Shown: piece after piece, positions 47,984 to 57,795 of the stretch
How positions within the stretch are numbered: the first letter of the stretch is position 1
Layout: every line of letters begins with the position of its first letter
DNA from: Candidatus Bathyarchaeota archaeon
GTDB taxonomy: Archaea > Thermoproteota > Bathyarchaeia > TCS64
NCBI GenBank assembly: GCA_963771885.1
Contig: CAVYVF010000023.1
Span: 320,001 to 384,000, forward strand
Length of the DNA: 64,000 bases
Direction: 5' to 3'
The notes under the pieces: model-generated
Databases searched by the model: none
Seen by the model: the letters and a program-made list of their open reading frames with translations, nothing else
What the model was told of the DNA's origin: nothing
Translations under genes and position numbers: made by a program

Positions 47984-48898
47984 TCACGGGCTATTAGCAG
48001 TTACCCTTGCACCTACTTCATCGATCCCCACTACCACCGACTCTGAGCCGGGGAACCTTTTCTCGATCAGTGTCGCTGCTTCGAGGGCCCTGCTCCTCTC
48101 CATGATGGCGAAGGCGACCTCTCCGAACATCGCCATCGTGAACGTGTAGCCCTCAGCGTCCATCACGTCAAAGACGGCGCGGAGACGCGGCGTGACCAAT
48201 CCAACGTGCTCGGTGAAGGCGCGGCTCAGCCTCATGAACCTCTCCGCCTCCGGGTGCGAGGCGAGTTCGTCGACGGATTTGCCGCCGAGCTTGTTTATCT
48301 TTGCCCTTAAGGCGGGGTTGCTCAGCGCCTCCTTCGTCGGTATGGGACCGTAGTAGATGTAGACGACACGGAACCTCTTGGCGCCGGGGTAGCTTAACGC
48401 CTCGCCGATGCCGGGGGCGCCTGGTTTCGTAAGTATGCCGAATCCTCCCCTCTCCGCGGCGAAGACACTGCCGAGGCCCGTCTTGCACTCGATCTCCGCG
48501 ACGTGAGCAATCTGAGCCGCCTCGACCTTCGTGAGCCCCGCGTCTGCAGCCTCGTTTAGGGCAAGGGCAAGACTGAGAGCTCCCCCGCCGCTACTGCCAA
48601 AGCCGGCGACTGAGGGCGTCTCGACGACGTGTTCAACTGCGAGCTCCTGCGGCTTGATACGCCCCTTAAACTTGTTGAGGACGTACTCGGAGACGAACGC
48701 TTCTCTCGTCTGATTACCGTTGATCTTGACTTTCCAGTTAGTCGCCACGGCGGGTTTAACAGTGACCGTGGTGTAGACACCGAGATCGAGGCTGATGCCT
48801 GAGCCCCGTGCGCCTCTCTGGAGGAGGTCAGCGGCCTGGTCGCATATCTGGAATAAGCCGGTGAGGTGTCCGGGGGCGAATGCCGTGGCTCTTCCCAT
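47984..48898 (-). CDS. pok: Archaeal pantoate kinase (GHMP family)
   Basis: AFAPGHLTGLF, GARGSG, GFGSSGGGAL, AHVAEIECKTGLGSV, PGAPG, MAMFGE. Confidence 0.85.
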   Translation of the reverse strand: MGRATAFAPGHLTGLFQICDQAADLLQRGARGSGISLDLGVYTTVTVKPAVATNWKVKINGNQTREAFVSEYVLNKFKGRIKPQELAVEHVVETPSVAGFGSSGGGALSLALALNEAADAGLTKVEAAQIAHVAEIECKTGLGSVFAAERGGFGILTKPGAPGIGEALSYPGAKRFRVVYIYYGPIPTKEALSNPALRAKINKLGGKSVDELASHPEAERFMRLSRAFTEHVGLVTPRLRAVFDVMDAEGYTFTMAMFGEVAFAIMERSRALEAATLIEKRFPGSESVVVGIDEVGARVTANSP

Positions 48899-48941
48899 AG
48901 CGAATCGCGTCAGGGGTGTTGCCCGGCCGGGATAAGCGTTG

Positions 48942-50162
48942 CTACTTGAGGGAGTGATAGTCGAAGGGCTTCTTCGGGTCGGCGACAGGCGCCTCGACGG
49001 TGAAGAGGTCCGTGTACTTGAGGCCGGAGCCAGTGTTGAAGAGGACGACGCGCTCGTCCCTGTCGACGTGGCCCTGCTCAACCATCTTCCTGAGCGCCGA
49101 AATTGTTGCCGCGCCTTCTGGGCACGCGAATATTCCCTCAAGGCGGCTGATAAGGCGAACATCCGCTATCAACTCCTCATCGCTGACCGCTATCGCCTCG
49201 CCTCCGCTCTCCCGAACAGCCTTTAGGATGAGGAAGTCGCCTAGTGCCTTGGGGACGCGCAGCCCAGCGGCGACTGTATTCGCTCCGGTGAAGAACTCGC
49301 TCTCCTCCTTTCCCTCCTTGTACGCCTTGACAATTGGGCTGCAGCCCTCCGCCTGTACGCTTATCATGCGTGGGCGCTCGCCGCCTATCCAGCCCATCTC
49401 CTCGAGCTCGTCGAAGACCTTCCACATGCCGATGATGCCCGTGCCGCCGCCGGTGGGGTAGATGATGACATCTGGGAGCTTCCAGTCGAGCTGCTCTGCG
49501 ACCTCGAGGCCCATCGTCTTCTTTCCCTCGACCCTGTAGGGCTCACCGAGGGTGGCGACGCTGAACCAACCCATCTCGGGTATGCCGTCTTTAACGAGCT
49601 TGCCAGCGTCGCTGATGAGCCCCTTTACTAGGACGACCTTTGCGCCGACTACGTCGGACTCGACAGCGTTGACCTTGGGGGCGTCTTCGGGCATGAAGAC
49701 ATAGACCTCGAGGCCTGCGCGTGCGCCGTATGTAGCCATGGCGCCCGCTGCGTTGCCGGCGGAGGGAAGGGCGACGCGCTTCACGCCGAGCTCCTTCGCT
49801 TTACTGATCGCCGATGATAGGCCTCTCGCCTTGAAGCTGCCCGTCGGGATAATTCCCTCGTCCTTGACGAGCAGGTTCTTCAGACCGAGCGACTCGCCGA
49901 GCTTGGGCGTCGGCGTGAGGGGGGTCCAACCCTCGCCAAGGGTGACGACGTTCTCCGCCCTTCTAACGGGGAGTATCTCCCTGTACCTCCACATCGAGGC
50001 GACCCTACCCACCAGCTCACGCTTCGTGATCGTCTCCTTCGCCGCCTCAAGGTCGTACCTAGGAAAGAGCGGTTTCCCACACTTACTGCAGACCGTCTGC
50101 ACGACATCCGCGTCGTGGTGGGTGCAGCACTTCGAGCACTCTAGGTGTGTCATCTTACTCAA
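48942..50162 (-). CDS. thrC: Threonine synthase
   Basis: N-terminal CxxC/CxxC, TLGEGWTPL, PTGSFKARG, SAGNA, EGKKTM, PTGGG, NTGSGLKY. Confidence 0.88.
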   Translation of the reverse strand: MSKMTHLECSKCCTHHDADVVQTVCSKCGKPLFPRYDLEAAKETITKRELVGRVASMWRYREILPVRRAENVVTLGEGWTPLTPTPKLGESLGLKNLLVKDEGIIPTGSFKARGLSSAISKAKELGVKRVALPSAGNAAGAMATYGARAGLEVYVFMPEDAPKVNAVESDVVGAKVVLVKGLISDAGKLVKDGIPEMGWFSVATLGEPYRVEGKKTMGLEVAEQLDWKLPDVIIYPTGGGTGIIGMWKVFDELEEMGWIGGERPRMISVQAEGCSPIVKAYKEGKEESEFFTGANTVAAGLRVPKALGDFLILKAVRESGGEAIAVSDEELIADVRLISRLEGIFACPEGAATISALRKMVEQGHVDRDERVVLFNTGSGLKYTDLFTVEAPVADPKKPFDYHSLK

Positions 50163-50246
50163 CGGGGCTCAACCTACGTGTTACAGACGGTCCGCGGGGG
50201 TGTTAAGCGTAGCGCAGCGGCGTTGTGTGTACCGTGAATATTTTCA

Positions 50247-50483
50247 CAAACCTTTTATTCGGAGGTGCGGCTGTTCCCCCTACATACCGTTGGAGATTGG
50301 TGTTATGGGGTATCGCTTTATCATGGCCGCCGAGTGGAGGGTGGCGTAGATGGGGAATTGCTTTATTCGGTAGTTCAAGCCCAGCGAAGGACTCTCAAAT
50401 AGCGGTTTGGAAACGTTTCTCGACACAGGAACCATCCTCGACAGGGATGGGTTCCCGATACTATGCCTCGGAGGTGCAAGCGC
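50247..50483 (+). promoter_or_regulatory. Promoter and long structured 5' leader of ilvBHC
   Basis: CAAACCTTTTATTCG, TACAT, ATGGGGTATCGCTTT (50305) and ATGGGGAATTGCTTT (50350) with a GCCGCC/GGTGGC hairpin between; further hairpin at 50428-50456 before the SD. Confidence 0.7.
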
Positions 50484-52176
50484 TTGGTTGAGATGCCCGG
50501 TACTCGTGCCGTCGTAAGGTCACTCGAATTGGAGGGCGTCAAGCACCTCTTCGGGCTTCCAGGCGGCGTCGTAATCCCGCTTTGCGACGAGATGTTGAAG
50601 GCGGACTTCCGCTTCATACTCGCGCGCCATGAGCAGGGTGCGGCGCACATGGCGGACGGCTACGCGCGGGCCACTGGCGGCGTCGGCGTCTGCCTCGCGA
50701 CATCGGGGCCAGGCGCCACGAACCTCGTCACAGGCGTCGCGACTGCGAACATCGACTCAAGCGCAGTCGTCGCACTCACGGGGCAGGTCACACGCGCCAC
50801 GATTGGTACAGATGCCTTCCAGGAAGTCGACATCATCGGCTGCAGCGCCTCCGTCACCAAGTACAACATGCAGGTCAGGAAGGCGAGCGAGATTCCACGC
50901 GCCGTCAAGTCGGCTTTCCGCATCGCCTCGACGGGTCGCAGGGGCGCGGTGCTCCTCGACCTACCCAAGGACGTAACAACGGACGTCGAGGACATCGTCT
51001 TCCCCGAGAACGTTAAACTCAGGGGCTACCGCCCTAACCACCAACCCGACCCGCGTGAGGTCGAGTGGGCGTCGACGCTCCTCGCCAAGGCTCAGAGGCC
51101 GGTCGTCGTCGCGGGTGGAGGCGTGATCAACGCTGGGGCGACACGTGAACTGGTGGCTCTCAGCGAGTACCTAATGGCTCCGACGGCGACCACCCTCATG
51201 GGCAAGGGCGCGTTCCCCGCCGACCACCCGCTCAGCCTCGGGCTCTGCGGGATGCATGGAACTCAGGCGGCGAACAACCTCGTCCCCGAGGCGGACGTCC
51301 TCCTCATAGTGGGGGCACGCCTCAGCGACAGGACAACTGGCGCGGTGAAGAGCTTCGCCCCCAACGCCAAGGTCATACACCTCGACATCGACAAGAGCGA
51401 GATAGACAAGAACGTGGAGACGGTGACGCGCGTCGTCGGAGACGCTGCCCTCGGGCTCCGCGGGCTCCTCTACAACGTCAGCAAACTCCGCGCGCAGGGC
51501 GACGCGGGCGCACAGTGGAGCAAGAAGGTCTCCGAGTTCAGGTGCCAGGTCCAGCCAAACGGGAACGGGCACAAGTCCGGCTACCTGCGCGCCCCCGACG
51601 TAGTCAAGACCATCCGCAAGACGCTGCCCCGCGAGTCCGTCGTCACGACGGAGGTCGGGCAATGCCAGATGTGGGCGGCGCTACACTACGACGCATACGA
51701 CCCGCGCACGTTCTTCACAAGCGGTGGCCTCGGCACGATGGGCTGGGGCTTCCCCGCAGCAATCGGCGTCAAGGCTGCTCGCCCGGACGTACCCGTCCTC
51801 GACATCGCGGGCGACGGCAGCTTCGGCATGACCGAGAACAACATGGCAACCAGCATCGAGGAGGGGCTCCCCGTCATCGTCGTCGTGCTCAACAACCAGA
51901 TGCTCGGCATGGTCGCACAGTGGCAGCGCCTCTTCTTCGACCACCGCTACTCCGCGGTCAAGCTCAAGGGCAACCCCGACATGGTCAAGCTCGCTGAGGC
52001 GTACGGCGCCGAGGGAGTCAGGGTCGACACCCTCGAGGGGCTCGAGGCGGCGATACAGACGCGCTACGAAGAGCGACGTCTCAACCGTTATCGACGTCCC
52101 CATCGACCCGGAGGAGAACGTCTACCCAATAGTGCCGCCCGGCGCGGGGCTCAAAGACGCGCTACTGGAGGCATAA
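50484..52176 (+). CDS. ilvB: Acetolactate synthase large subunit, copy 2; apparent +1 frameshift at about 52056
   Basis: GLPGG, RHEQGAAHMADGYAR, TSGPGATN, EVGQCQMW, GDGSF; true C-terminus IDVPIDPEENVYPIVPPG in the shifted frame; SD GGAGGTG before TTG. Confidence 0.93.
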
Positions 52177-52179
52177 GAG

Positions 52180-52680
52180 ATGAGCGAGAGACACGTAGTC
52201 GCGTTCCTCGTCGAGAACAGGCCAGGGGTGCTATTCAACATAAGCAACCTGTTCCGGCGCAAGAACTTCAACATACACAGCATCACCGCCGGCACCGTCC
52301 TCGACGATGACACCGTGAGGATCACAATCGTCGTCCAGGCGGACGCCCACGGAGTCAACCAGGTAGTCGAGCAGCTCGACAAGATGGTCGACGTAGTTGA
52401 GGTCAAGCGACTCGACCCGCTCCGCACGGTCAACAGGGAACTGATGCTGGTCAAGCTCACTACAACTGACCCGATGGCACGGGAGGAGGCGCTCAAGTTG
52501 GTAAACGATTACCATGGGCTCATCCTGAACATCGAGCCGGACAACCTTATAGCCGAGGTCACTGGTGAGTCTGAGGATGTAGACGCCTTCCTCGAGGCAG
52601 TCAAGCCCATAGGGGTCGAGGAGGTCTCGAGGACAGGAGTGACAGCCGTCGAGAAGGGGCGGCTCAAGCTGGAGAAGTGA
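52180..52680 (+). CDS. ilvH: Acetolactate synthase small subunit, copy 2
   Basis: VENRPGVL...LFRRKNFNIHSI, QLDKMVDV, RELMLVK, SRTG. Confidence 0.93.
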   Translation: MSERHVVAFLVENRPGVLFNISNLFRRKNFNIHSITAGTVLDDDTVRITIVVQADAHGVNQVVEQLDKMVDVVEVKRLDPLRTVNRELMLVKLTTTDPMAREEALKLVNDYHGLILNIEPDNLIAEVTGESEDVDAFLEAVKPIGVEEVSRTGVTAVEKGRLKLEK

Positions 52681-53676
52681 ATGAATATGGTGAAGGTATA
52701 TCACGAGAAGGACATAGACGACAAAGTTCTGAAGGGCAAGACCGTCGCCGTCATCGGCTATGGAAGCCAGGGCAGGGCTCAAGCCCTTAACATGAAGGAC
52801 AGCGGGGTCGACGTCGTGGTCGGCCTCCGCCCCGGAGGTAAGAGTTGGAAGAAGGCCGAGGCTGACGGCGTCAAGGTGACGACAGTCCTCGAAGCGGCGC
52901 AGGAGGGCGACATCGTGCTGATGCTCGTCCCCGATATGGCGCAGCCGACCGTTTGGAAGGAGGAGGTCGCCCTCGCGATGAAGAAGGGTAAGACCCTCCA
53001 GTTTGCCCACGGCTTCAACATCCTCTACGGCGCCATCAAGCCGCCGAAGGACGTCGACGTCATCATGGTCGCGCCGAAGAGCCCAGGCGCCGAGCTGCGC
53101 CGCCAATACGAGGCGGGCTTCGGAGTGCCGGCGCTTGTCAGCGTCCAGCAGGACGCCTCGGGCAAGGCGCTACAGACAGCGCTTGCCATCGCTAAGGCGC
53201 TGGGGAGCGGAAAGGCGGGCGTCCTCGAGACCTCGTTCAAGGATGAGACCGAGGAGGACCTATTCGGCGAGCAAGCTGTCCTCTGCGGAGGCGCCGACCA
53301 GCTGATCAGGCGCGGTTTCAAGGTGCTCGTGGACGCCGGCTATCCACCGGAGCTCGCGTACTTCGAGGTCTGCAACGAGCTCAAGCTCATCGTCGACCTG
53401 ATCTATACATCGGGTATCGGTGGCATGTACCGTGCAGTCTCCGACACGGCGAAGTGGGGCGGACTCACTGTCGGCCCGGTGATCGTCGATGACCGCGTCG
53501 AGGAGAACATGAGGAAAGTGCTCAAGGACGTCCAGAGCGGCAAGTTCGCGAAGGCGTGGATGCAGGAGTACAAGGACGGCTCCAAGCACTTCAAAGCCCT
53601 CATGGATGAGGTCGACGGGCTCGAGATCGAGAAGGTTGGCAAGCAGATCAGGAAGATGAGCGGGCTCGAGAAGTAG
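52681..53676 (+). CDS. ilvC: Ketol-acid reductoisomerase
   Basis: IGYGSQGRAQALN, FAHGFNI, MVAPKSPG, ETEEDLFGEQAVLCGG, AYFE, SDTAKWG. Confidence 0.97.
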   Translation: MNMVKVYHEKDIDDKVLKGKTVAVIGYGSQGRAQALNMKDSGVDVVVGLRPGGKSWKKAEADGVKVTTVLEAAQEGDIVLMLVPDMAQPTVWKEEVALAMKKGKTLQFAHGFNILYGAIKPPKDVDVIMVAPKSPGAELRRQYEAGFGVPALVSVQQDASGKALQTALAIAKALGSGKAGVLETSFKDETEEDLFGEQAVLCGGADQLIRRGFKVLVDAGYPPELAYFEVCNELKLIVDLIYTSGIGGMYRAVSDTAKWGGLTVGPVIVDDRVEENMRKVLKDVQSGKFAKAWMQEYKDGSKHFKALMDEVDGLEIEKVGKQIRKMSGLEK

Positions 53677-53985
53677 CATACTCTTCTTGAATCGTTTAAT
53701 TGTCTCAGAAATTTCCTTTTTCTGTACTACTACTAGTTACGCCGTACCCTGCTACTAGGTACAACGTTTTTTTCCCCTTTTTTGTCGCGGTGACTGGGGC
53801 GGGCTTGGTGTTAGCGGGGGAGGGGTTTTTGTTGCCATTCGTCGTGGGTGGTAATTTTTTCCCTGCTATACTTGATAAGGAAAAAACTATTTTTACTGTA
53901 ACTGGGAGCAGGGTTTTATACTCTTCGCAGGGCTGCTTATCCTTATTATTACCGTAAGTCTTAGGAGCATTTGTGGTAAGGGCAT

Positions 53986-54609
53986 TTGGATTTCTATGAA
54001 GCGATAGACCGGAGGCGGAGCGTAAGGGAGTTCCAGTCGAGGCCCGTTGAGGAGGAAAAGATTCGGAGGATCCTGGAGGCGGGGCTCAAGGCCCCCTCGA
54101 ACAACCACCTGAGGCAGTGGGAGTTCATCCTCGTCCGGGATCCCGAGCAGAGGGAGAGGGTCGCGGAGCTGGTCTCGAAGGGGAAGAACATTTCGAACGA
54201 GATGGAGCTCGAGAAAGCACTCCATAACTGGTCGGATGAGACGCAGAGGGAGATGTATCGCAAGGCTCTGCCGGTCCAGGTGGAGATGCTGGTGAGCCCG
54301 CCCGAGCTCCTCGTCATCTGTTACAGGCTGAGGAAGCCTCTGAAGGAATGCGAGATATTGTACGACCTCAACGACTTGGCTTCAGTATGGATGTGCATCG
54401 AGAACCTTTTGCTTGCGATGGCGGCGGAGGGGCTATACGGGGTCACCGCCGTGCCCCGCGAGACGGCTGTACTCAAGAGGGTGCTGGGCGTGCCAGAGGG
54501 TTATGAGGTGGCGGCAGCGATCCCGATAGGCTACCCCTTGGACTACTCCGTGAAGCAGAACGCCGTGTACCTCGAGAAGAAGCTGCACATCGATAGATGG
54601 GTTTCCTAG
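53986..54609 (+). CDS. Nitroreductase family protein
   Basis: RRSVREF, KAPSNNH-RQWEFI, IENLLLAMAAEGL, IGYP. Confidence 0.9.
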   Translation: MDFYEAIDRRRSVREFQSRPVEEEKIRRILEAGLKAPSNNHLRQWEFILVRDPEQRERVAELVSKGKNISNEMELEKALHNWSDETQREMYRKALPVQVEMLVSPPELLVICYRLRKPLKECEILYDLNDLASVWMCIENLLLAMAAEGLYGVTAVPRETAVLKRVLGVPEGYEVAAAIPIGYPLDYSVKQNAVYLEKKLHIDRWVS

Positions 54610-54646
54610 GCATCGGTTATATCTGGATTGGCTTGTGTGTGTATCC

Positions 54647-55294
54647 ATGCCTGAAAGGGGTCTCCACGCGGAGCTGAAGGAGTGGCTGCGTGAGCCGGGG
54701 GACCTCGTTGAGGGCACTGTCTGGGGCTACCGGGCGGACATCATCCGGGGCGACCTGCTCATCGAGATCCAGACGGGAAACTTTCCCCAGATCAGGGCGA
54801 AGCTAACGAAGCTGCTCAAGGGGTACCGCGTCAGGCTCGTCCATCCCGTCCCGGAGAGACGCTGGATCATTCGGGACGTCGACGGCAGGAGGCAGCGCCG
54901 CGTCTCGCCGCGCGTCGGCCGCGTCGAGGAGGTCTTCAACGAGCTCGTCTACTGCCCCACCCTTCCCCTTGACCCAAACTTCTCCCTGGAGGTGTTGATG
55001 GTCCATGCCGAGGAGGCGCAGGCTGTCAGGTGGAGGGGAAAAAGGAGGACACGCTACACAGTCACCGAGAGGCACTTCGTCAAGGTCGTGGGCAGGGAGG
55101 TCTTTGAGAAGCCCGTAGATTACCTTCGGTTGATCCCCAACATGCACGGCGCCTTCACGGCGCGCCAGCTCAGCAAAGCGTCCAAACTCAGGATCACACT
55201 CGCCCGCCGCATGGTCTACTGTCTATCCAAGATGGGTGTTATAGAAGAGGTCGGTAGTGTCGCTAGGGCGAAGCTATATCGCGTGAAGCCTTAG
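54647..55294 (+). CDS. Hypothetical protein with PD-(D/E)xK nuclease-like motif and C-terminal winged helix
   Basis: LH-ELK, E, GYRADI, LIEIQT; FTARQLSKAS...ARRMVYCLSKMG. Confidence 0.65.
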   Translation: MPERGLHAELKEWLREPGDLVEGTVWGYRADIIRGDLLIEIQTGNFPQIRAKLTKLLKGYRVRLVHPVPERRWIIRDVDGRRQRRVSPRVGRVEEVFNELVYCPTLPLDPNFSLEVLMVHAEEAQAVRWRGKRRTRYTVTERHFVKVVGREVFEKPVDYLRLIPNMHGAFTARQLSKASKLRITLARRMVYCLSKMGVIEEVGSVARAKLYRVKP

Positions 55295-56547
55295 CGGGGT
55301 ATGTCTAGGTGGTCGATGGGTGCTTCGTATGGGCCGAGGCTGCTCTTCTGTTTGACTAGTATGGTCTTGTCTAACGTTTTCGGGTGTTTGCCGTCAAGCT
55401 CGTCGCGGAGCCAGTCGGCGATATAAGGGTATATCTCGATGCCGCCGATGCCCTCCCGGAGACTGATGCGGTGGAACTCGTTCTCGAGGACCCAGAGCTC
55501 CTTGGGGCACTTGAGCTCCTTGAAGAAGTCTTCGGCTGCCTCTAGGTGACAGAGGGGGTCATACTCGCCCATCGTAAGTAGGGTTGGGCACTTGATCCTC
55601 TCGGCGAAGCCCGCGGTGTCCATCTTCTCAGCCATCGCGTCGAAGTCGGCCTCGTCGGTCTGCCCCGCCATGTACATGAACATCTGCTTGAAGCGGGGCG
55701 ACGCTTCGCCGAAGATGGCTTTCTTGGGACCGACGACGGCGTATGTGGTCGCGAGGGCGCGGACGCGCTTGTCGACCGCCGCTACGCGTACTCCCCAGTG
55801 GCAGCCGAAGCTGATACCAACGATAACGATGTTGTCGGGGTCGACCTCGGGGCGGGAGACGAGCCAGTCGATAGCCGCTGATGCGGCGCGCTCGTAGTTG
55901 TCAGCGGTGACCCTGATCTTGCGGAGGTTGCTTATGCCCTGCCCAGGGCCGTCGATGCTGAGTACGTGGAAGCCCCTCCTGGCGAAGGAGTTGGCGAGGG
56001 GGTTGGGGATCGCCTCCTTAGTCATGTCCATGCCGGGGAGGAAGAGGATCGCCGGCGCCCTCCGCCTGTCCCTCAGGAGGTGCCACCTGCCCTGGATCTG
56101 GGCTCTCTCCCAGGGTATCTCCACCTTTTCGACGGGGTAGTCGGCGTACTGCGCTACCTTGTCGGCGCATTCTACGTGCTTCCCATGGAGGAAAATCTTC
56201 TCAGTGTTGTCGTCCTCGAAGATGCTGTGCTGCGCCTCGTGGTAGACTGCCTGTGCGCGACGGTACAGCTGGCGAGCCGTGTCGGTGTGCCCCGCCGCTT
56301 CCGCCGCCTTGGCGATGCCCTCGATGTGGCTCGCCTCCTTGTATAGGACACGCGGTATCATCCTGTACGACTTGACCTCGGGGGGTAGGTCCCTCTCGTC
56401 GTTGGCGAGGTTCTGCACCCTCCCTGAAGTCTTCACAATCCAGTCCAGCACCCACTGCTGGTCGTCCCTCTTGAGCTTAGGTCTAGTCAATTCTATCGGG
56501 GCATAAGCGCCTCGCCCCCGTGAAGAAACTTTCGACGCCTCCGACAT
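55291..56547 (-). CDS. Alpha/beta hydrolase (FrsA / dihydroxypseudooxynicotine hydrolase-like)
   Basis: PGMDMTKE, IDGPGQG, nucleophile elbow GISFG, GEYDPL, late His. Confidence 0.85.
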   Translation of the reverse strand: MSEASKVSSRGRGAYAPIELTRPKLKRDDQQWVLDWIVKTSGRVQNLANDERDLPPEVKSYRMIPRVLYKEASHIEGIAKAAEAAGHTDTARQLYRRAQAVYHEAQHSIFEDDNTEKIFLHGKHVECADKVAQYADYPVEKVEIPWERAQIQGRWHLLRDRRRAPAILFLPGMDMTKEAIPNPLANSFARRGFHVLSIDGPGQGISNLRKIRVTADNYERAASAAIDWLVSRPEVDPDNIVIVGISFGCHWGVRVAAVDKRVRALATTYAVVGPKKAIFGEASPRFKQMFMYMAGQTDEADFDAMAEKMDTAGFAERIKCPTLLTMGEYDPLCHLEAAEDFFKELKCPKELWVLENEFHRISLREGIGGIEIYPYIADWLRDELDGKHPKTLDKTILVKQKSSLGPYEAPIDHLDIPR

Positions 56548-56778
56548 AGGCTTAAAACCCCTCGACTACAGCCCCCTCAGTTCGGCGAGGTATTTCGAGC
56601 CCATGACGGCGCTGCTCACCCCCCTCGGCTACGAGCAGGGGAGGGGGACAGGCATAGGCTTCAGGATAACCGAGGCCTAGTTGCCCCTTTTGCGACATTC
56701 TACACCTTTTCCACGACATCTATGCCGCTAAATTAATAATGGGCACGTCTCACCGGGAGAAGCATCGAAGGGTACTAT

Positions 56779-57756
56779 ATGGTCAGCAGATACACGGCAG
56801 CCATCGTCCAGTATATGCGCGTAAACCCCGAGGAGATCCCGGACATTAACGAGAGGAAGAAGGTCAACCTCGCCAAGGTCCTCGCCTGCTTCCAGAGTCT
56901 CGAGACGTGGGAGGAGACGATCCCGGTGAAGCTCACCGTCTTCCCCGAGAACATCCTCCGCCACGAGTACGACGAGGCGGATCCCAAGCAGGACCAGAAG
57001 GCGAGGGTCGCCTCGGCGATCGAGATGCCCGGGCCTGAGACGGACGCCATCGCGGGCATGGCGAAGAAGTGGAGCACCTACATCTCCGCGTCGCTGCATG
57101 AGCGGGACCCCGAGTTCCCCGACTACTACTTCAACACCGCATTCATCATGAACCCAAAGGGCAAGATAATCCTCAAATACAGAAAGGTCAACCCGTGGAT
57201 TCCCCTCGAGCTGACGACGAGCCCCCATGACGTGCTTGATGACTACAAGGCGCCCCTCTTCCCCGTGGCGAAGACGGAGCTCGGCAACCTAGCCTGCATG
57301 GTATGTTACGACCAGTTCTTCCCCGAGGTGGCGAGGCAACTTGCCTTCAACGGCGCCGAGGTCATCCTAAAACCCACCGTCTTTCCCCCATACCCGCAGG
57401 AGCTCATGTTCGAACCATACGACTGGTACACGGTCGTGAACAAGATGAGGAGTATTGAGAACATGGTCTATGGCGTCAACGCGAATGAGGCCAAGTACGG
57501 CAATAGCATGATAGTCGACTTCATGGGCAGGACCATCGCTGTCGCCGCGAAGGGGCGTCAGATGACGATAGGCGCAGTCATCGACGTCGATGAACTCCGC
57601 GATTACCGCAAGACGACGAAGCTCCACAACCCCCTCCAGCAGAGCCGAAGCGAGTGCTACACCTACCTCCAGAAGCCGATGTGGCCGAAGAACAAGCCCC
57701 TGCTCAGGAAGGTCGATTACCCGGCGTGGGCGCCGAAGCCCGATTTTTACAAGTAA
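56779..57756 (+). CDS. Carbon-nitrogen hydrolase (nitrilase superfamily)
   Basis: Catalytic triad motifs FPE, YRK and VCYD; FPEVARQLAFNGAEV. Confidence 0.9.
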   Translation: MVSRYTAAIVQYMRVNPEEIPDINERKKVNLAKVLACFQSLETWEETIPVKLTVFPENILRHEYDEADPKQDQKARVASAIEMPGPETDAIAGMAKKWSTYISASLHERDPEFPDYYFNTAFIMNPKGKIILKYRKVNPWIPLELTTSPHDVLDDYKAPLFPVAKTELGNLACMVCYDQFFPEVARQLAFNGAEVILKPTVFPPYPQELMFEPYDWYTVVNKMRSIENMVYGVNANEAKYGNSMIVDFMGRTIAVAAKGRQMTIGAVIDVDELRDYRKTTKLHNPLQQSRSECYTYLQKPMWPKNKPLLRKVDYPAWAPKPDFYK

Positions 57757-57795
57757 GGCGCAGGCTAGATAAGGCATAGAGCCGCCTTCATTCCT

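Noticed and set aside
53700..53957. 85-aa hydrophobic ORF and scattered GCAGGG/CCCTGC motifs after ilvC
   Set aside because: T-rich low-complexity intergenic sequence with atypical codons; the motifs are too short to be significant
56561..56680. Coding-like fragment LDYSPLSSARYFEPMTALLTPLGYEQGRGTGIGFRITEA*
   Set aside because: Too short to assign; possibly a gene remnant
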